48,502 bases of DNA from positions 1 through 48,502 of the forward strand of contig LRSL01000054.1 in assembly GCA_001563335.1 (NCBI GenBank). Reading direction: 5' to 3'. The translations under genes and the position numbers were made by a program. Under the pieces are notes generated by a model that did not search any database, was not told the origin of the DNA, and worked only from the letters and a program-made list of their open reading frames with translations. Of this stretch, positions 30,106 through 39,202 are shown piece by piece (the first letter of the stretch is position 1; every line of letters starts with the position of its first letter). Source of the stretch: Candidatus Thorarchaeota archaeon SMTZ1-45 (lineage in GTDB: Archaea > Asgardarchaeota > Thorarchaeia > Thorarchaeales > Thorarchaeaceae).

Positions 30106-31383
30106 ATGGCAAACACAACAGGCAATGGCTATGGCTTTGCTACCTGGACTAATTTTATCGAAGAATCTCAGATAAGAGCTCTTCTCAAGTATAATGTCAA
30201 GTACTATTTTGCTGGCGGAAAACCTGGTATAATACCCACTGGTATCTTCGCAGACATCATGGCAGACTTGAGTGTCAAATACAAAGAGAACCCGAAGTTA
30301 GCGCTTGACGACTTTAACTATGGTCCAACCGGTGGTGAAACCTGGTTCCTAAAGACGCTCGCTAAAAGACTCTGTGATGTTAGAGGCATTCCTATTGACT
30401 GCGAAACCGAATGGGATAGAGTCGCAATCACAAATGGCTCTCAGCAGGCAATCTACGCGCTACTTGACACTTTGATTGATCCAGGAGATGTGATAATCAC
30501 ACCATCTCCAGCCTATCTTGGGTTCTTGGCACCCGCTGAGAAACTCGGAGGGCGTGTCATCACGATTCCAACTGATCTTGATGGAATCATCCCGGGGGAT
30601 GTTGAAAAAGCAATCGAAGTTTCAAAAAAGAAATTTGGTAAGTGTCCGGATATAATCTATGTAGTTCCTGACTCTGATAATCCAAAAGGCACAACACTCC
30701 CAATGAAACGACGCCAAGCACTCTTTGATATTGCAGAAACATATGAGATACTCCTCATTGAAGACGCAGCATATGCAGAGATTCAATTCAAGGAGAATCC
30801 AAAAGCTATCAAAACTCTAGATAAAGAAAATAACCGTGTAGCCTACCTAGGGACTAGTAGCAAGGAGGCTGCTGTCCTAAGAGTTGGATACTCGGTACTT
30901 CCATCAGATGTTAAGGAACAAGTACTCAAGGATAAGGGTTACCTTGATCTCTGTACTACAACATTGGTACAGCGTATTCTTGATGAATACTACAAGAACT
31001 ATATTGATGAAGCAATGCGTGCTGGAATTCCAAAATACAAGAAACGCTATGAAGCAATGGCAAAGGCAATTGATGCCTCATTCCCAGCTGGTGTGAGGAC
31101 AGATCCTACTGGGGGATTCTTCATCTGGTGGCAGAGTAATGATAAGAAGTTTGATGCAGGGGAGTTCATGAAGCGTGTGGCAATTCCAAACGATATACTC
31201 TATGTTCCAGGAGCTCCATTCTATCCTCAATCCGGACATAGGTTAACAAAGGATAACACAGACCTTCGGAAGAGTCTTCCCCAGCCAAATACTATGAGAC
31301 TTGGATTTTCATATTTGCCACCTGAAACAATCTCAGAGGGAATTGAGCACTTAGGTGACCTTCTATCAAAGGAACTTGGATAA
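30106..31383 (+). CDS. PLP-dependent aminotransferase class I (LysN/Aro8-like)
   Basis: FAGGKP, NYGPTGG, ITNGSQQA, P..DNPKG, EDAAY, GTSSK....LRVGY, GGFFIW and MRLGFS. Confidence 0.9.
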   Translation: MANTTGNGYGFATWTNFIEESQIRALLKYNVKYYFAGGKPGIIPTGIFADIMADLSVKYKENPKLALDDFNYGPTGGETWFLKTLAKRLCDVRGIPIDCETEWDRVAITNGSQQAIYALLDTLIDPGDVIITPSPAYLGFLAPAEKLGGRVITIPTDLDGIIPGDVEKAIEVSKKKFGKCPDIIYVVPDSDNPKGTTLPMKRRQALFDIAETYEILLIEDAAYAEIQFKENPKAIKTLDKENNRVAYLGTSSKEAAVLRVGYSVLPSDVKEQVLKDKGYLDLCTTTLVQRILDEYYKNYIDEAMRAGIPKYKKRYEAMAKAIDASFPAGVRTDPTGGFFIWWQSNDKKFDAGEFMKRVAIPNDILYVPGAPFYPQSGHRLTKDNTDLRKSLPQPNTMRLGFSYLPPETISEGIEHLGDLLSKELG

Positions 31384-31385
31384 TC

Positions 31386-33101
31386 TTAGAAAAAGAAGTT
31401 CACGAATATTGTAGCTCCATTTTTCATTGGACCAATATAGGCTCGTTCAAATGGTCCGAAGAGGTCTGAGAATCCAGAGTTTATTGCCCACTCTATCCAT
31501 GCCCATGACGATTCTTGTCCCAATTTATTCTCAGAATATTGCCCAAATTGCCAGGACAAATACCGTTCCAAATCTAGTTTTTGAAACTGGAGCTTTTCAT
31601 AAGCATCTCCTGATGCTTGTGCAATCTTGCTATCGATATTCTCTAGACTTTCGTTTAGACTCGCATGAGTATCAAGAATTAGTTTCTTCAAATTGACAAG
31701 CTGTTTGTTCATCTCATCAAATTGGTTCTTTCTTCTACACTTGGAAATCTGTCCCGTCAGTTTGAACATATCCTTACTATGAAAGACCTCAACACCTTCA
31801 AACTCAAGACTCTTAGCTAGTTCCTCATTCCATGGTGTGTTAAAGTAAACTCTCGGATATTTGATGAACAGTGGGAAAGGAATCTCCATTGCTCTTGTAG
31901 ATGGAATAACTTGCGCATAATATGCTGTTTCTCCAGGACCCCCAACATGTACTACTGTTGGAATGAGTGTGTCAATCAAAATCTGTCTAGTATCTACTCG
32001 TGGTGACAGTTGAGCCGCAATCTCTCCAAGATATGGGCTATCTGTTGAAGTTTCAATTTCGATTGACTCGGAGCAAGATGGACACTTGCCTGTCAGAACA
32101 GCTGTAGCTCCTAGGTCCTCATAATGGAGCTCTGTTCGACTATTGTTACATCCTGGATTAGGACACTCATAAAAGAAGGGAACATAATCCGTGCCTCTAC
32201 GTCCAATTCCTGGTTCATATCCGTGAAACTCAATGAGATCTGTCATTTCGTCGAAAGTGTTCAGAAACCGTTCTCTGTTATTTCTTACAAGTAGAAACTC
32301 CATTCCCTCAACAAGAAGCTCGCGTACCTCTTTTTCAGAAGCAATGAGTAAAGGTATGCCAAGATCCCCTACTATATTGAATAAGTATGCAATAATCCTT
32401 TCTGCCCACTCTCCAAGTGTCTTAGAGTTATAGAACGCGCTCCTAATAATTGTCAACGATTGTTCAAGACGCTCCTCGAATAATATTCGCGCATGTTGTT
32501 CTAGATTCTTGAACATAGGTCTGTAATTACTTCTGATGTCATCTTCAACATGGCTTAGCCAATCATTCTCTGGTAGTGGCAGAACACTAACAGGCGAGTT
32601 CTCAAAATCCTGAGGGACAGGTATACTGATTAAATTCCCATCTTTACCCATTAAAGGAGTTCGAATGTTTGTTAACTCTGATTGCACAGTATCATAATCT
32701 GCAAAGCAAAAGAATGGTACTAGAGGAACACCTTGGTTGGCTGCGAGAGTTGCGACTTGAGCTGCTGTTGTTGCCTTGTTCAAAATATAAGCTGGTCCCC
32801 CCATCACGACTGGTTGGTGTGCAGATTCTACTGCGCCTATATCCAGTTTCTCTATGTTCTCTCTGACTTTAGGTGTCAAAGAACCTAGTTTTTTATTGCT
32901 TTCAACAAGTGCCTTCTTGAGAGAACTCATTTTCTCTGGAATATGCCAGAGCATGTCTTCGTATGAATCCAGAAGCGCAGGGACTCTATCAATAATACCG
33001 TCAAGGGTAAGTGGAGGTGTATTATAGAGATTTTTAGCAAGTTCTGCCCTTTGTCCATTCCAGATGAATTCCTCATAGACTTTGTATACACTAGGGCTCA
33101 A
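31386..33101 (-). CDS. bshC: Bacillithiol biosynthesis cysteine-adding enzyme BshC-like
   Basis: ESAHQP..MGGPAYILNK, VPFF..ADYD and LSP.VDTR....DTLIPTV.HVGGPGETAYYAQ match BshC motifs. Co-oriented 12 bp downstream of bshA. Confidence 0.8.
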   Translation of the reverse strand: MSPSVYKVYEEFIWNGQRAELAKNLYNTPPLTLDGIIDRVPALLDSYEDMLWHIPEKMSSLKKALVESNKKLGSLTPKVRENIEKLDIGAVESAHQPVVMGGPAYILNKATTAAQVATLAANQGVPLVPFFCFADYDTVQSELTNIRTPLMGKDGNLISIPVPQDFENSPVSVLPLPENDWLSHVEDDIRSNYRPMFKNLEQHARILFEERLEQSLTIIRSAFYNSKTLGEWAERIIAYLFNIVGDLGIPLLIASEKEVRELLVEGMEFLLVRNNRERFLNTFDEMTDLIEFHGYEPGIGRRGTDYVPFFYECPNPGCNNSRTELHYEDLGATAVLTGKCPSCSESIEIETSTDSPYLGEIAAQLSPRVDTRQILIDTLIPTVVHVGGPGETAYYAQVIPSTRAMEIPFPLFIKYPRVYFNTPWNEELAKSLEFEGVEVFHSKDMFKLTGQISKCRRKNQFDEMNKQLVNLKKLILDTHASLNESLENIDSKIAQASGDAYEKLQFQKLDLERYLSWQFGQYSENKLGQESSWAWIEWAINSGFSDLFGPFERAYIGPMKNGATIFVNFFF

Positions 33102-33113
33102 AGTAGTTCTCTC

Positions 33114-34286
33114 CTACTTAGATAGTATATCCTCGAAGACTCTCTCGTACATACTCACAACACGTTCCGCAGCGAATGAGTCCTCAACGCGTTTTCTACC
33201 GGCTTTTCCTAAGTTTTTCCGTTTTTCATCATTCTCCAGTAACTCAATAATCGCTTGCGCATACTCTTCTTGGTCAAATCCTTTCGTGACCATTCCATCT
33301 GTCCCTGGACGAACTAATTCAGGAATTCCTCCCGCTGGAGTCGTGATTACAGGAAGGCCGCATGCCATCGCCTCAAGCAGCACAAGCGGCATTCCCTCCA
33401 ATGTTGAGTTTAGCAGGAATAGGTCTGCAGAGCACATAATCTCCTGCATATTGCTCTTAACACCAAGTAGGTGAATATTATTACATAGATCTAACGCCTC
33501 TATTTTCCTTTCAACCTCAATACGTGTTGGTCCATCACCTGCAATAATCAATCTGGCTTTTTGAAAGTGGTCCACCACTATTCTCATTATTTCAACGAGT
33601 TCGACGACTCGCTTTACTTTTCGGAAGTTGGATGCATGTAACAGTATCTTCTCTTCTGGATTGAGCTCAATAGCTTCCTCCTCCTTTCGAAGTCCCACAC
33701 AACCACTTTCAACATAGAGTCGTACACCATTCAGGTGTGAGAATTTTGTGATGTCAATAAAGTTTGGAATCACATGTATCTCTCGCTCAATCCCGAGTTC
33801 CTCATGTGCTTTTTTCTTCAAAAATTCCGAAACCGCTGTTACAGCATCTGCTTTTTCGATAGTGTGTTGAACAACTGGTTTGTATGCAGGGTCTTGACCC
33901 AAAGAGTGAACATCTGAACCATGTAGTGTCACTACATACGGAATTCCAGCAATCTCTCGTGCCATGTAGGCGGCCATTGCATGTGGAATTGCGTAATGTG
34001 CATGGATTAGATCAAGCTTCGAGTCTGTCGCAACTTTGATTATTTTTGATGTTAGAGCCATAGCATAAGGTGGTCCAGTTCCCTCAAAGAGAGGATATTC
34101 AAAGCTATCCACTAGGTCTACGTGTACTCCTCTCGTCTGTTCCCACATAAGAGAGAACGGCCTCTGGTAAGTGATGAAGTGGATAATGTGGCCTCTATGG
34201 GCTAATTCTTGACCCAGTCGCGTTGCAAGGTAACCACTGCCGCCAACTGTGGGATATAGATTAACTCCAATCCTCAAGTAGTACAC
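33114..34286 (-). CDS. bshA: N-acetyl-alpha-D-glucosaminyl L-malate synthase (GT4)
   Basis: YPTVGGSG.LAT.LGQELA.RGH.IHFIT, FE..PY.MALTSK, HAHYAIPHA, TLHGSD and HASNFRKVKRV are BshA-diagnostic. Confidence 0.9.
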   Translation of the reverse strand: MYYLRIGVNLYPTVGGSGYLATRLGQELAHRGHIIHFITYQRPFSLMWEQTRGVHVDLVDSFEYPLFEGTGPPYAMALTSKIIKVATDSKLDLIHAHYAIPHAMAAYMAREIAGIPYVVTLHGSDVHSLGQDPAYKPVVQHTIEKADAVTAVSEFLKKKAHEELGIEREIHVIPNFIDITKFSHLNGVRLYVESGCVGLRKEEEAIELNPEEKILLHASNFRKVKRVVELVEIMRIVVDHFQKARLIIAGDGPTRIEVERKIEALDLCNNIHLLGVKSNMQEIMCSADLFLLNSTLEGMPLVLLEAMACGLPVITTPAGGIPELVRPGTDGMVTKGFDQEEYAQAIIELLENDEKRKNLGKAGRKRVEDSFAAERVVSMYERVFEDILSK

Positions 34287-34383
34287 CTACCTTCTCCCTG
34301 AGCTGGCTGTCCCTTTAAGGCAAATGGTTTGGACAACTCATGGTTGCCAAACCTTGATTAGAAGGTGTTCGGGAAGTTGTTTT

Positions 34384-35052
34384 ATGAGCGGTTCGGATGA
34401 GGGAACAATTCTCGTAGTCGTCGCACATCCTGATGATGAGTGCATTGGAGCTGGTGGAACCATAAAGCGACATGTGGACCAGGGTGTGAATGTTGATGTT
34501 CATTGTATGACAGGAAATGATGAGCGTAATGCAGAGCTTCAAAGAGCCTGTGAAATTCTTGGTGTGCGAAATCTGTACCTGAGTGAGCGGGATGATTTTG
34601 CAATTGGTCTGGAACTCACAAACGAGGTAGTCGGAGCAATTCTAAAATCACGTCCCAATTTCATCATCACTCATCATTCCTCTGATTACAACCGCAACCA
34701 TCAGCAGTGTGCAACGATTGTCAGCCAGGCGGCTGAGTGGGCGTCACATGTTACGATCTTTGATGATGCACATAGAGTAGAGCGTATCTACAATATGGAG
34801 ATCAACACAATGATCTCTAGACCCAATGTGCATGTTGATATTACCGCGTCTTATCCTACAGCTTTGGCTGCTCTCAAGAAGCACAAGTCCCAGGTAAAGA
34901 AGGCTGACTCCTACTATGAACAACTATATGATGCAAGAACACGACTACGTGGAGTCCAAGCGAACTGTGAGAGAGCTGAAGCTTTTTCAATAACCCTTCC
35001 AGAACATGCTGGTCCTTTCTATGAGAAAAATAGTGTAGAAAGTCTATTTTAG
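34384..35052 (+). CDS. bshB: PIG-L/LmbE-family deacetylase, probable BshB
   Basis: VVAHPDDE..GAGG, R.AE...A..ILG, VDIT, H.SQ and RG......AEAF; divergent from bshA. Start trimmed to the ATG at 34384. Confidence 0.78.
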   Translation: MSGSDEGTILVVVAHPDDECIGAGGTIKRHVDQGVNVDVHCMTGNDERNAELQRACEILGVRNLYLSERDDFAIGLELTNEVVGAILKSRPNFIITHHSSDYNRNHQQCATIVSQAAEWASHVTIFDDAHRVERIYNMEINTMISRPNVHVDITASYPTALAALKKHKSQVKKADSYYEQLYDARTRLRGVQANCERAEAFSITLPEHAGPFYEKNSVESLF

Positions 35053-35061
35053 CTCAATCCA

Positions 35062-35469
35062 TTACTCCGGACCTTCAGTCTTTCTTCTACGAGCTGCCAA
35101 GAGGGCTTTTAATTCTCCCATCATACTCATACCACCACCAGGCGCACCTGCTGGTTTGGGAGTGGGTGCTCTAGCCATGGTTGGAATTGGTTCCGCGCCA
35201 GCTGCAGGGGCTGCTGCAGGTCCTCCGGTTGATGCTGCCGCCGCAGGAGCGCGAGCTGCCATGGATGACATCCTGTTTTCCAGTGCATCAACTTTACTCT
35301 CTAAATCCATGACGGAAATCTGCAGGTTAGTTATAGCTTCAGTCAACTTAGTCGTGATTATACTGACTACTTCTCCAAGCTGCCGGATTTTTTCCTCGTT
35401 TGGATCCTTCAGTGCCCATTCGAATTCTCCAAGAATTTCTTCTTCAAGTTCTTTCTTTTCATCCGGCAT
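35062..35469 (-). CDS. Coiled-coil / Ala-Pro linker / basic amphipathic helix protein (WH2- or VASP-FAB-like C-terminus)
   Basis: 135 aa with heptads LTEAITNLQISVMDLESKVDALENRM, a low-complexity APAAA..PTPKP linker and GGGMSMMGELKALLAARRRK. TATA-like TTTATA about 45 bp upstream. Confidence 0.75.
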   Translation of the reverse strand: MPDEKKELEEEILGEFEWALKDPNEEKIRQLGEVVSIITTKLTEAITNLQISVMDLESKVDALENRMSSMAARAPAAAASTGGPAAAPAAGAEPIPTMARAPTPKPAGAPGGGMSMMGELKALLAARRRKTEGPE

Positions 35470-35530
35470 TATATTGACCCCAATATTTCAGATTGAAAAG
35501 CTGCAGTTCCGCTATAAACCTTGTTTGGAG

Positions 35531-36907
35531 CTAAGCTGAAGCTATTGTAGCTCTAACAACTTCCTCTGAGGTCCTTAATATTTCTTCTACAGCTTCTCTG
35601 GTCTGCCCCTCGCAGGTAATCCTGATAATGGGTTCTGTCCCTGATGGTCGGACCAGAATCCATCCTTGCTCCATAGTGATTCCAAGTCCATCTACAGTAA
35701 GAACCTCTTTTACATTCCTCATCTTGCTTGGAAGTGTTTCTGAAATAGACTTCATCACACTCTCCTTCTTGTCATTGGGGCACTCCAGCTTACTCCGTAT
35801 GATCGGATATTGAGGAATTGTAGCAATCAACTCTCCAAATGTCTTTTCAGTTCTAGCCATCAGTTCAAGAACTCTACATACTGCTAAAAACGGTTCAGGG
35901 GCGAGATGTGCCTCTGGAAATATATATACTCCACACGCCTCTCCACCAATTACTCCATTTGACTCCGCCACTTTGATTGCCACTTGGATGTCTCCAACAG
36001 GTGTTCGAATTATGTTTCCACCCGCTCTTCTTACGGTTTCATCTAAAACAAGTGAACTGTCGACAGTTGTAACTACTGTGCCACGTTTCGATGCTAACAT
36101 GGCCTGCTGTGCCAGAAGAGCTATAGTTCTGTCTCCCTTGATCACTTCTCCCTGCTCAGTCACAAAGATGACTCTGTCTGAATCACCATCATGTGCTATT
36201 CCTAGATCTGCACCTGTCTGCTTGATCATCTGAATGAGGTCTCCAAGAGATTCTTCATCGGGCTCAGATCGTCTTCCTGGAAAATGACCATCCAATTGAC
36301 CATTTATTGTCACAACATGACAATTGAGACGTTGCATCAAATATGGTGTTAACACACATGCTGCCCCATTACCTGGGTCCACAATAACCCTGAAGGTCTT
36401 CGACCTAATAGCATCCGCATCACATCTCTTCAGCAGTGCTTCAATGTGCTCTTCGACACTATCTTCAAATCTTGACTCCTTCCCAAGTTCATCCCAGTTA
36501 GCAACTTTGAAGTTCTTCTTGTTGTAAATCTCTTCCAGTTTGGTTTCTTCCTTCGCTGTGAATCCCATGCTGTTTCGCGACCAGAACTTGAGTCCAGTGT
36601 ATTGGGGTGGATTGTGCGATGCAGTTATCATGACCCCTGCATCAAAACCATGCTTCATTGTGATGAACGCAAGTGTTGGAGTTGGGATGATTCCAGCACG
36701 TATCACATTGACGCCTGTCGATAATATACCAGCAGTAACAGTATCTGCAATCATGAGGCCTGTGGTACGAGCATCACGAGCAATAACAACAGACCCACTA
36801 CCAACATAGGTCCCAAGAGCTTTGCCGAGATTCAGTGCCATCTCAAGATCAAACTCTTCACTGTATACCTTTCTCACGCCTGTTGTACCAAAGAGCTTAC
36901 CAGTCAT
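35531..36907 (-). CDS. glmM: Alpha-D-phosphohexomutase (phosphoglucosamine mutase/PMM-PGM)
   Basis: LFGTTGVR, ITASHNP (phospho-Ser), HDGDSDR (metal loop), GGE..G and RPSGTEP. Start trimmed to the ATG at 36907. Confidence 0.9.
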   Translation of the reverse strand: MTGKLFGTTGVRKVYSEEFDLEMALNLGKALGTYVGSGSVVIARDARTTGLMIADTVTAGILSTGVNVIRAGIIPTPTLAFITMKHGFDAGVMITASHNPPQYTGLKFWSRNSMGFTAKEETKLEEIYNKKNFKVANWDELGKESRFEDSVEEHIEALLKRCDADAIRSKTFRVIVDPGNGAACVLTPYLMQRLNCHVVTINGQLDGHFPGRRSEPDEESLGDLIQMIKQTGADLGIAHDGDSDRVIFVTEQGEVIKGDRTIALLAQQAMLASKRGTVVTTVDSSLVLDETVRRAGGNIIRTPVGDIQVAIKVAESNGVIGGEACGVYIFPEAHLAPEPFLAVCRVLELMARTEKTFGELIATIPQYPIIRSKLECPNDKKESVMKSISETLPSKMRNVKEVLTVDGLGITMEQGWILVRPSGTEPIIRITCEGQTREAVEEILRTSEEVVRATIASA

Positions 36908-37017
36908 GGGGGTCACACGTCTGTTCGTTACGAATTCAGAAAAAAAGGTACCTACTGTCAAAATACGACTTTGAGCCACAAATCTCTATATTGATTATCT
37001 GCTGTTGACTGGTTGTC

Positions 37018-37812
37018 ATGCCCTTCTTCGAGCACAAAGGTACCAAGATTCACTTTGTAGATGTGGATAATAGAACCGACAAGACATCTAGTTTCACTCT
37101 TGTCTTTGTGCATGGTGCAGGCTCTTCACATCTTATCTGGTCTTTACAACTGAGGGAATTTTCAACTCAGTATCGCACCATCGCTTTAGATCTATCTGGC
37201 CATGGAAAGTCAGAAGACCCTGCGGTTGAACCATCAATAGAGCTGAGCTATGTAGAGGAAGTGGCAGCTCTGGTAAACCACCTCAATCTCGAGAATTTCA
37301 TTCTAGTTGCTCACTCGATGGGGGGCGGTGTGGTGATGTGTTATACTTTGAGAGAGAATGTGCGAAAACCCAAAGCCTTGGTCCTTGTGGACACATCATC
37401 AGACCTGGATCTCTCAAAATTAAGGTCTGGTCTTGTCAAGGAGACCATTGAGGACCGAGTGTTCTTCTTCAAGAGCTGTGTCTTTGAAAACTATACTGCG
37501 ACCTACCAGTTGAAGAAACTCGATGATGATATGAGGCTGGCTAATCCTCAAGTCTTAGCGAGAGACCTCTCTGCTTGTAATAAGTTTAACATAACCGAGA
37601 GGCTTGGAGAGATTGACATCCCTGTCTTTGTCTTGGTTGGATCGAATGATGATATCATCACTCCTGCAATTGCTGCTGACTTTGAGAAGAAATTACCTCG
37701 AGCCGACATCGCGGTCGTAAAGGACGCTGATCATATCCCCATGGTGGAACAACCTGAGGAGTTCAATCAGCTATTTAGGAAATTTATCGAGTGGGTCGCT
37801 CAAAATACTTGA
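37018..37812 (+). CDS. Alpha/beta-fold hydrolase
   Basis: FVHGAG, DLSGHGKS, AHSMGG nucleophile elbow, G..DDI acid and ADHIPM His. Confidence 0.92.
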   Translation: MPFFEHKGTKIHFVDVDNRTDKTSSFTLVFVHGAGSSHLIWSLQLREFSTQYRTIALDLSGHGKSEDPAVEPSIELSYVEEVAALVNHLNLENFILVAHSMGGGVVMCYTLRENVRKPKALVLVDTSSDLDLSKLRSGLVKETIEDRVFFFKSCVFENYTATYQLKKLDDDMRLANPQVLARDLSACNKFNITERLGEIDIPVFVLVGSNDDIITPAIAADFEKKLPRADIAVVKDADHIPMVEQPEEFNQLFRKFIEWVAQNT

Positions 37813-37932
37813 TTCATATTATAAATAGACCATATCTTACCAGTCGGCATAATCTTACGAAACCTTATTAGTCGCATAGACCCTCTATCGCTTTGTCGTC
37901 GTACCGCCTACCACATATGGGTGACTATACAC

Positions 37933-38481
37933 ATGAGCAGCTCTTACGATTACCTGTTTAAAATCGTCGTGTTAGGAGAGGGCGCAGTAGGAAAAACAGC
38001 AATAGTCACTCGATTCTCGCATGGTTTCTTCCGGACTGACTATAAAACCACTATTGGAAGTCAGTTCGCTGTCAAAAATGTCAACATCCCCCGTGATGCT
38101 GGTGATGTCACTGTGAAGCTGCAGATCTGGGATGTCGCTGGGCAAAGCCGATTCCAAATTCTTCGGCCCATGTACTACCGTGGGTCAAGTGGTGGTCTTC
38201 TCGTGTATGATGTTACTCGACGAAGGACCTTCATAGTACTTGAAGAATGGCTTGAGGAGCTTCATAAGGCATTAAACAAAGAAATTCCTCTCGTACTAGT
38301 GGCGAACAAGACAGACCTTCCTGACAGGGTGGTTGAACCTTTAGAGGGGCGCGACTTTGCTGATAGGCACGGAATGCCCTATATCGAGTCTTCTGCTAAG
38401 ACTGGAGAGGGTATTATTGATATCTTCAGTGAGCTTGCAGAAATTCTAGTGGTAACTCGTGAAAAGGGCGGCAACTACTAA
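37933..38481 (+). CDS. Rab-like small GTPase (Ras superfamily)
   Basis: YDYLFKIVVLGEGAVGKT (G1), TIG (G2), WDVAGQ (G3), NKTD (G4) and ESSAK (G5). Confidence 0.95.
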   Translation: MSSSYDYLFKIVVLGEGAVGKTAIVTRFSHGFFRTDYKTTIGSQFAVKNVNIPRDAGDVTVKLQIWDVAGQSRFQILRPMYYRGSSGGLLVYDVTRRRTFIVLEEWLEELHKALNKEIPLVLVANKTDLPDRVVEPLEGRDFADRHGMPYIESSAKTGEGIIDIFSELAEILVVTREKGGNY

Positions 38482-38550
38482 TCTACTATCAGCAATTTTT
38501 GTAGACATCTCAACTAATATCAGTGTAAGTTTTTGATGTGAATTAGCACA

Positions 38551-39132
38551 ATGAGCAAGCCTGACGAATCACATCCAGTAAATGCAATTCCCCCATTAGC
38601 TTGGGCTCTGGAACTCTATCTGAAAGCAGGTGGCAAGTTCAGAGAGGGCAAAATGATTGAGCTCATTTTTCCAGTCGGAGACCATAGGGAAATGATGAGG
38701 AAGAAAGGAGCGCATGACATCTACATGTGGTTCTCAAAGGGTAAAATCAATCTCCGTTCAAGATGCAACTTTGATAAAGCTTGCAGTTTCAACTCTGAGA
38801 GGATAGATGGAGCTGACAGAGAGGCTGTGAAGAGCTTAGAGTGGGGCGAAGCCCGAGCTGACACCTTTTTCAAAGCTCTTCGAAAATGGATAGTTCGTCT
38901 TGATCTTGATTTTGTTACATTCATCAGGGCACTCAATACTGTGTGCGACAAACGTGTGGAGATTCCATTAACCACAAAGTATGGTCGAACATTTCAGAAG
39001 TTTGATGAGTATCGCAGGAACCGTTGGCCTGAGGATGCAACTCCAGACAATCGCGAGCGGTTCATCGAAGAAGTACTTGTTCGAGTCGCATTCTGGATAC
39101 AGTCAGCTCATCAAGTTGGTGCACTGAAATGA
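38551..39132 (+). CDS. Hypothetical protein
   Basis: 193-aa ATG-started ORF filling the gap between the GTPase and the kinase; no motif recognised. Confidence 0.75.
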   Translation: MSKPDESHPVNAIPPLAWALELYLKAGGKFREGKMIELIFPVGDHREMMRKKGAHDIYMWFSKGKINLRSRCNFDKACSFNSERIDGADREAVKSLEWGEARADTFFKALRKWIVRLDLDFVTFIRALNTVCDKRVEIPLTTKYGRTFQKFDEYRRNRWPEDATPDNRERFIEEVLVRVAFWIQSAHQVGALK

Positions 39133-39202
39133 AGCGACTTTGACCTATCAAAACTGCTTTAGAGCACGCATGTCTCTCAAGGATTGAGGTTGTATCAATT
39201 AA

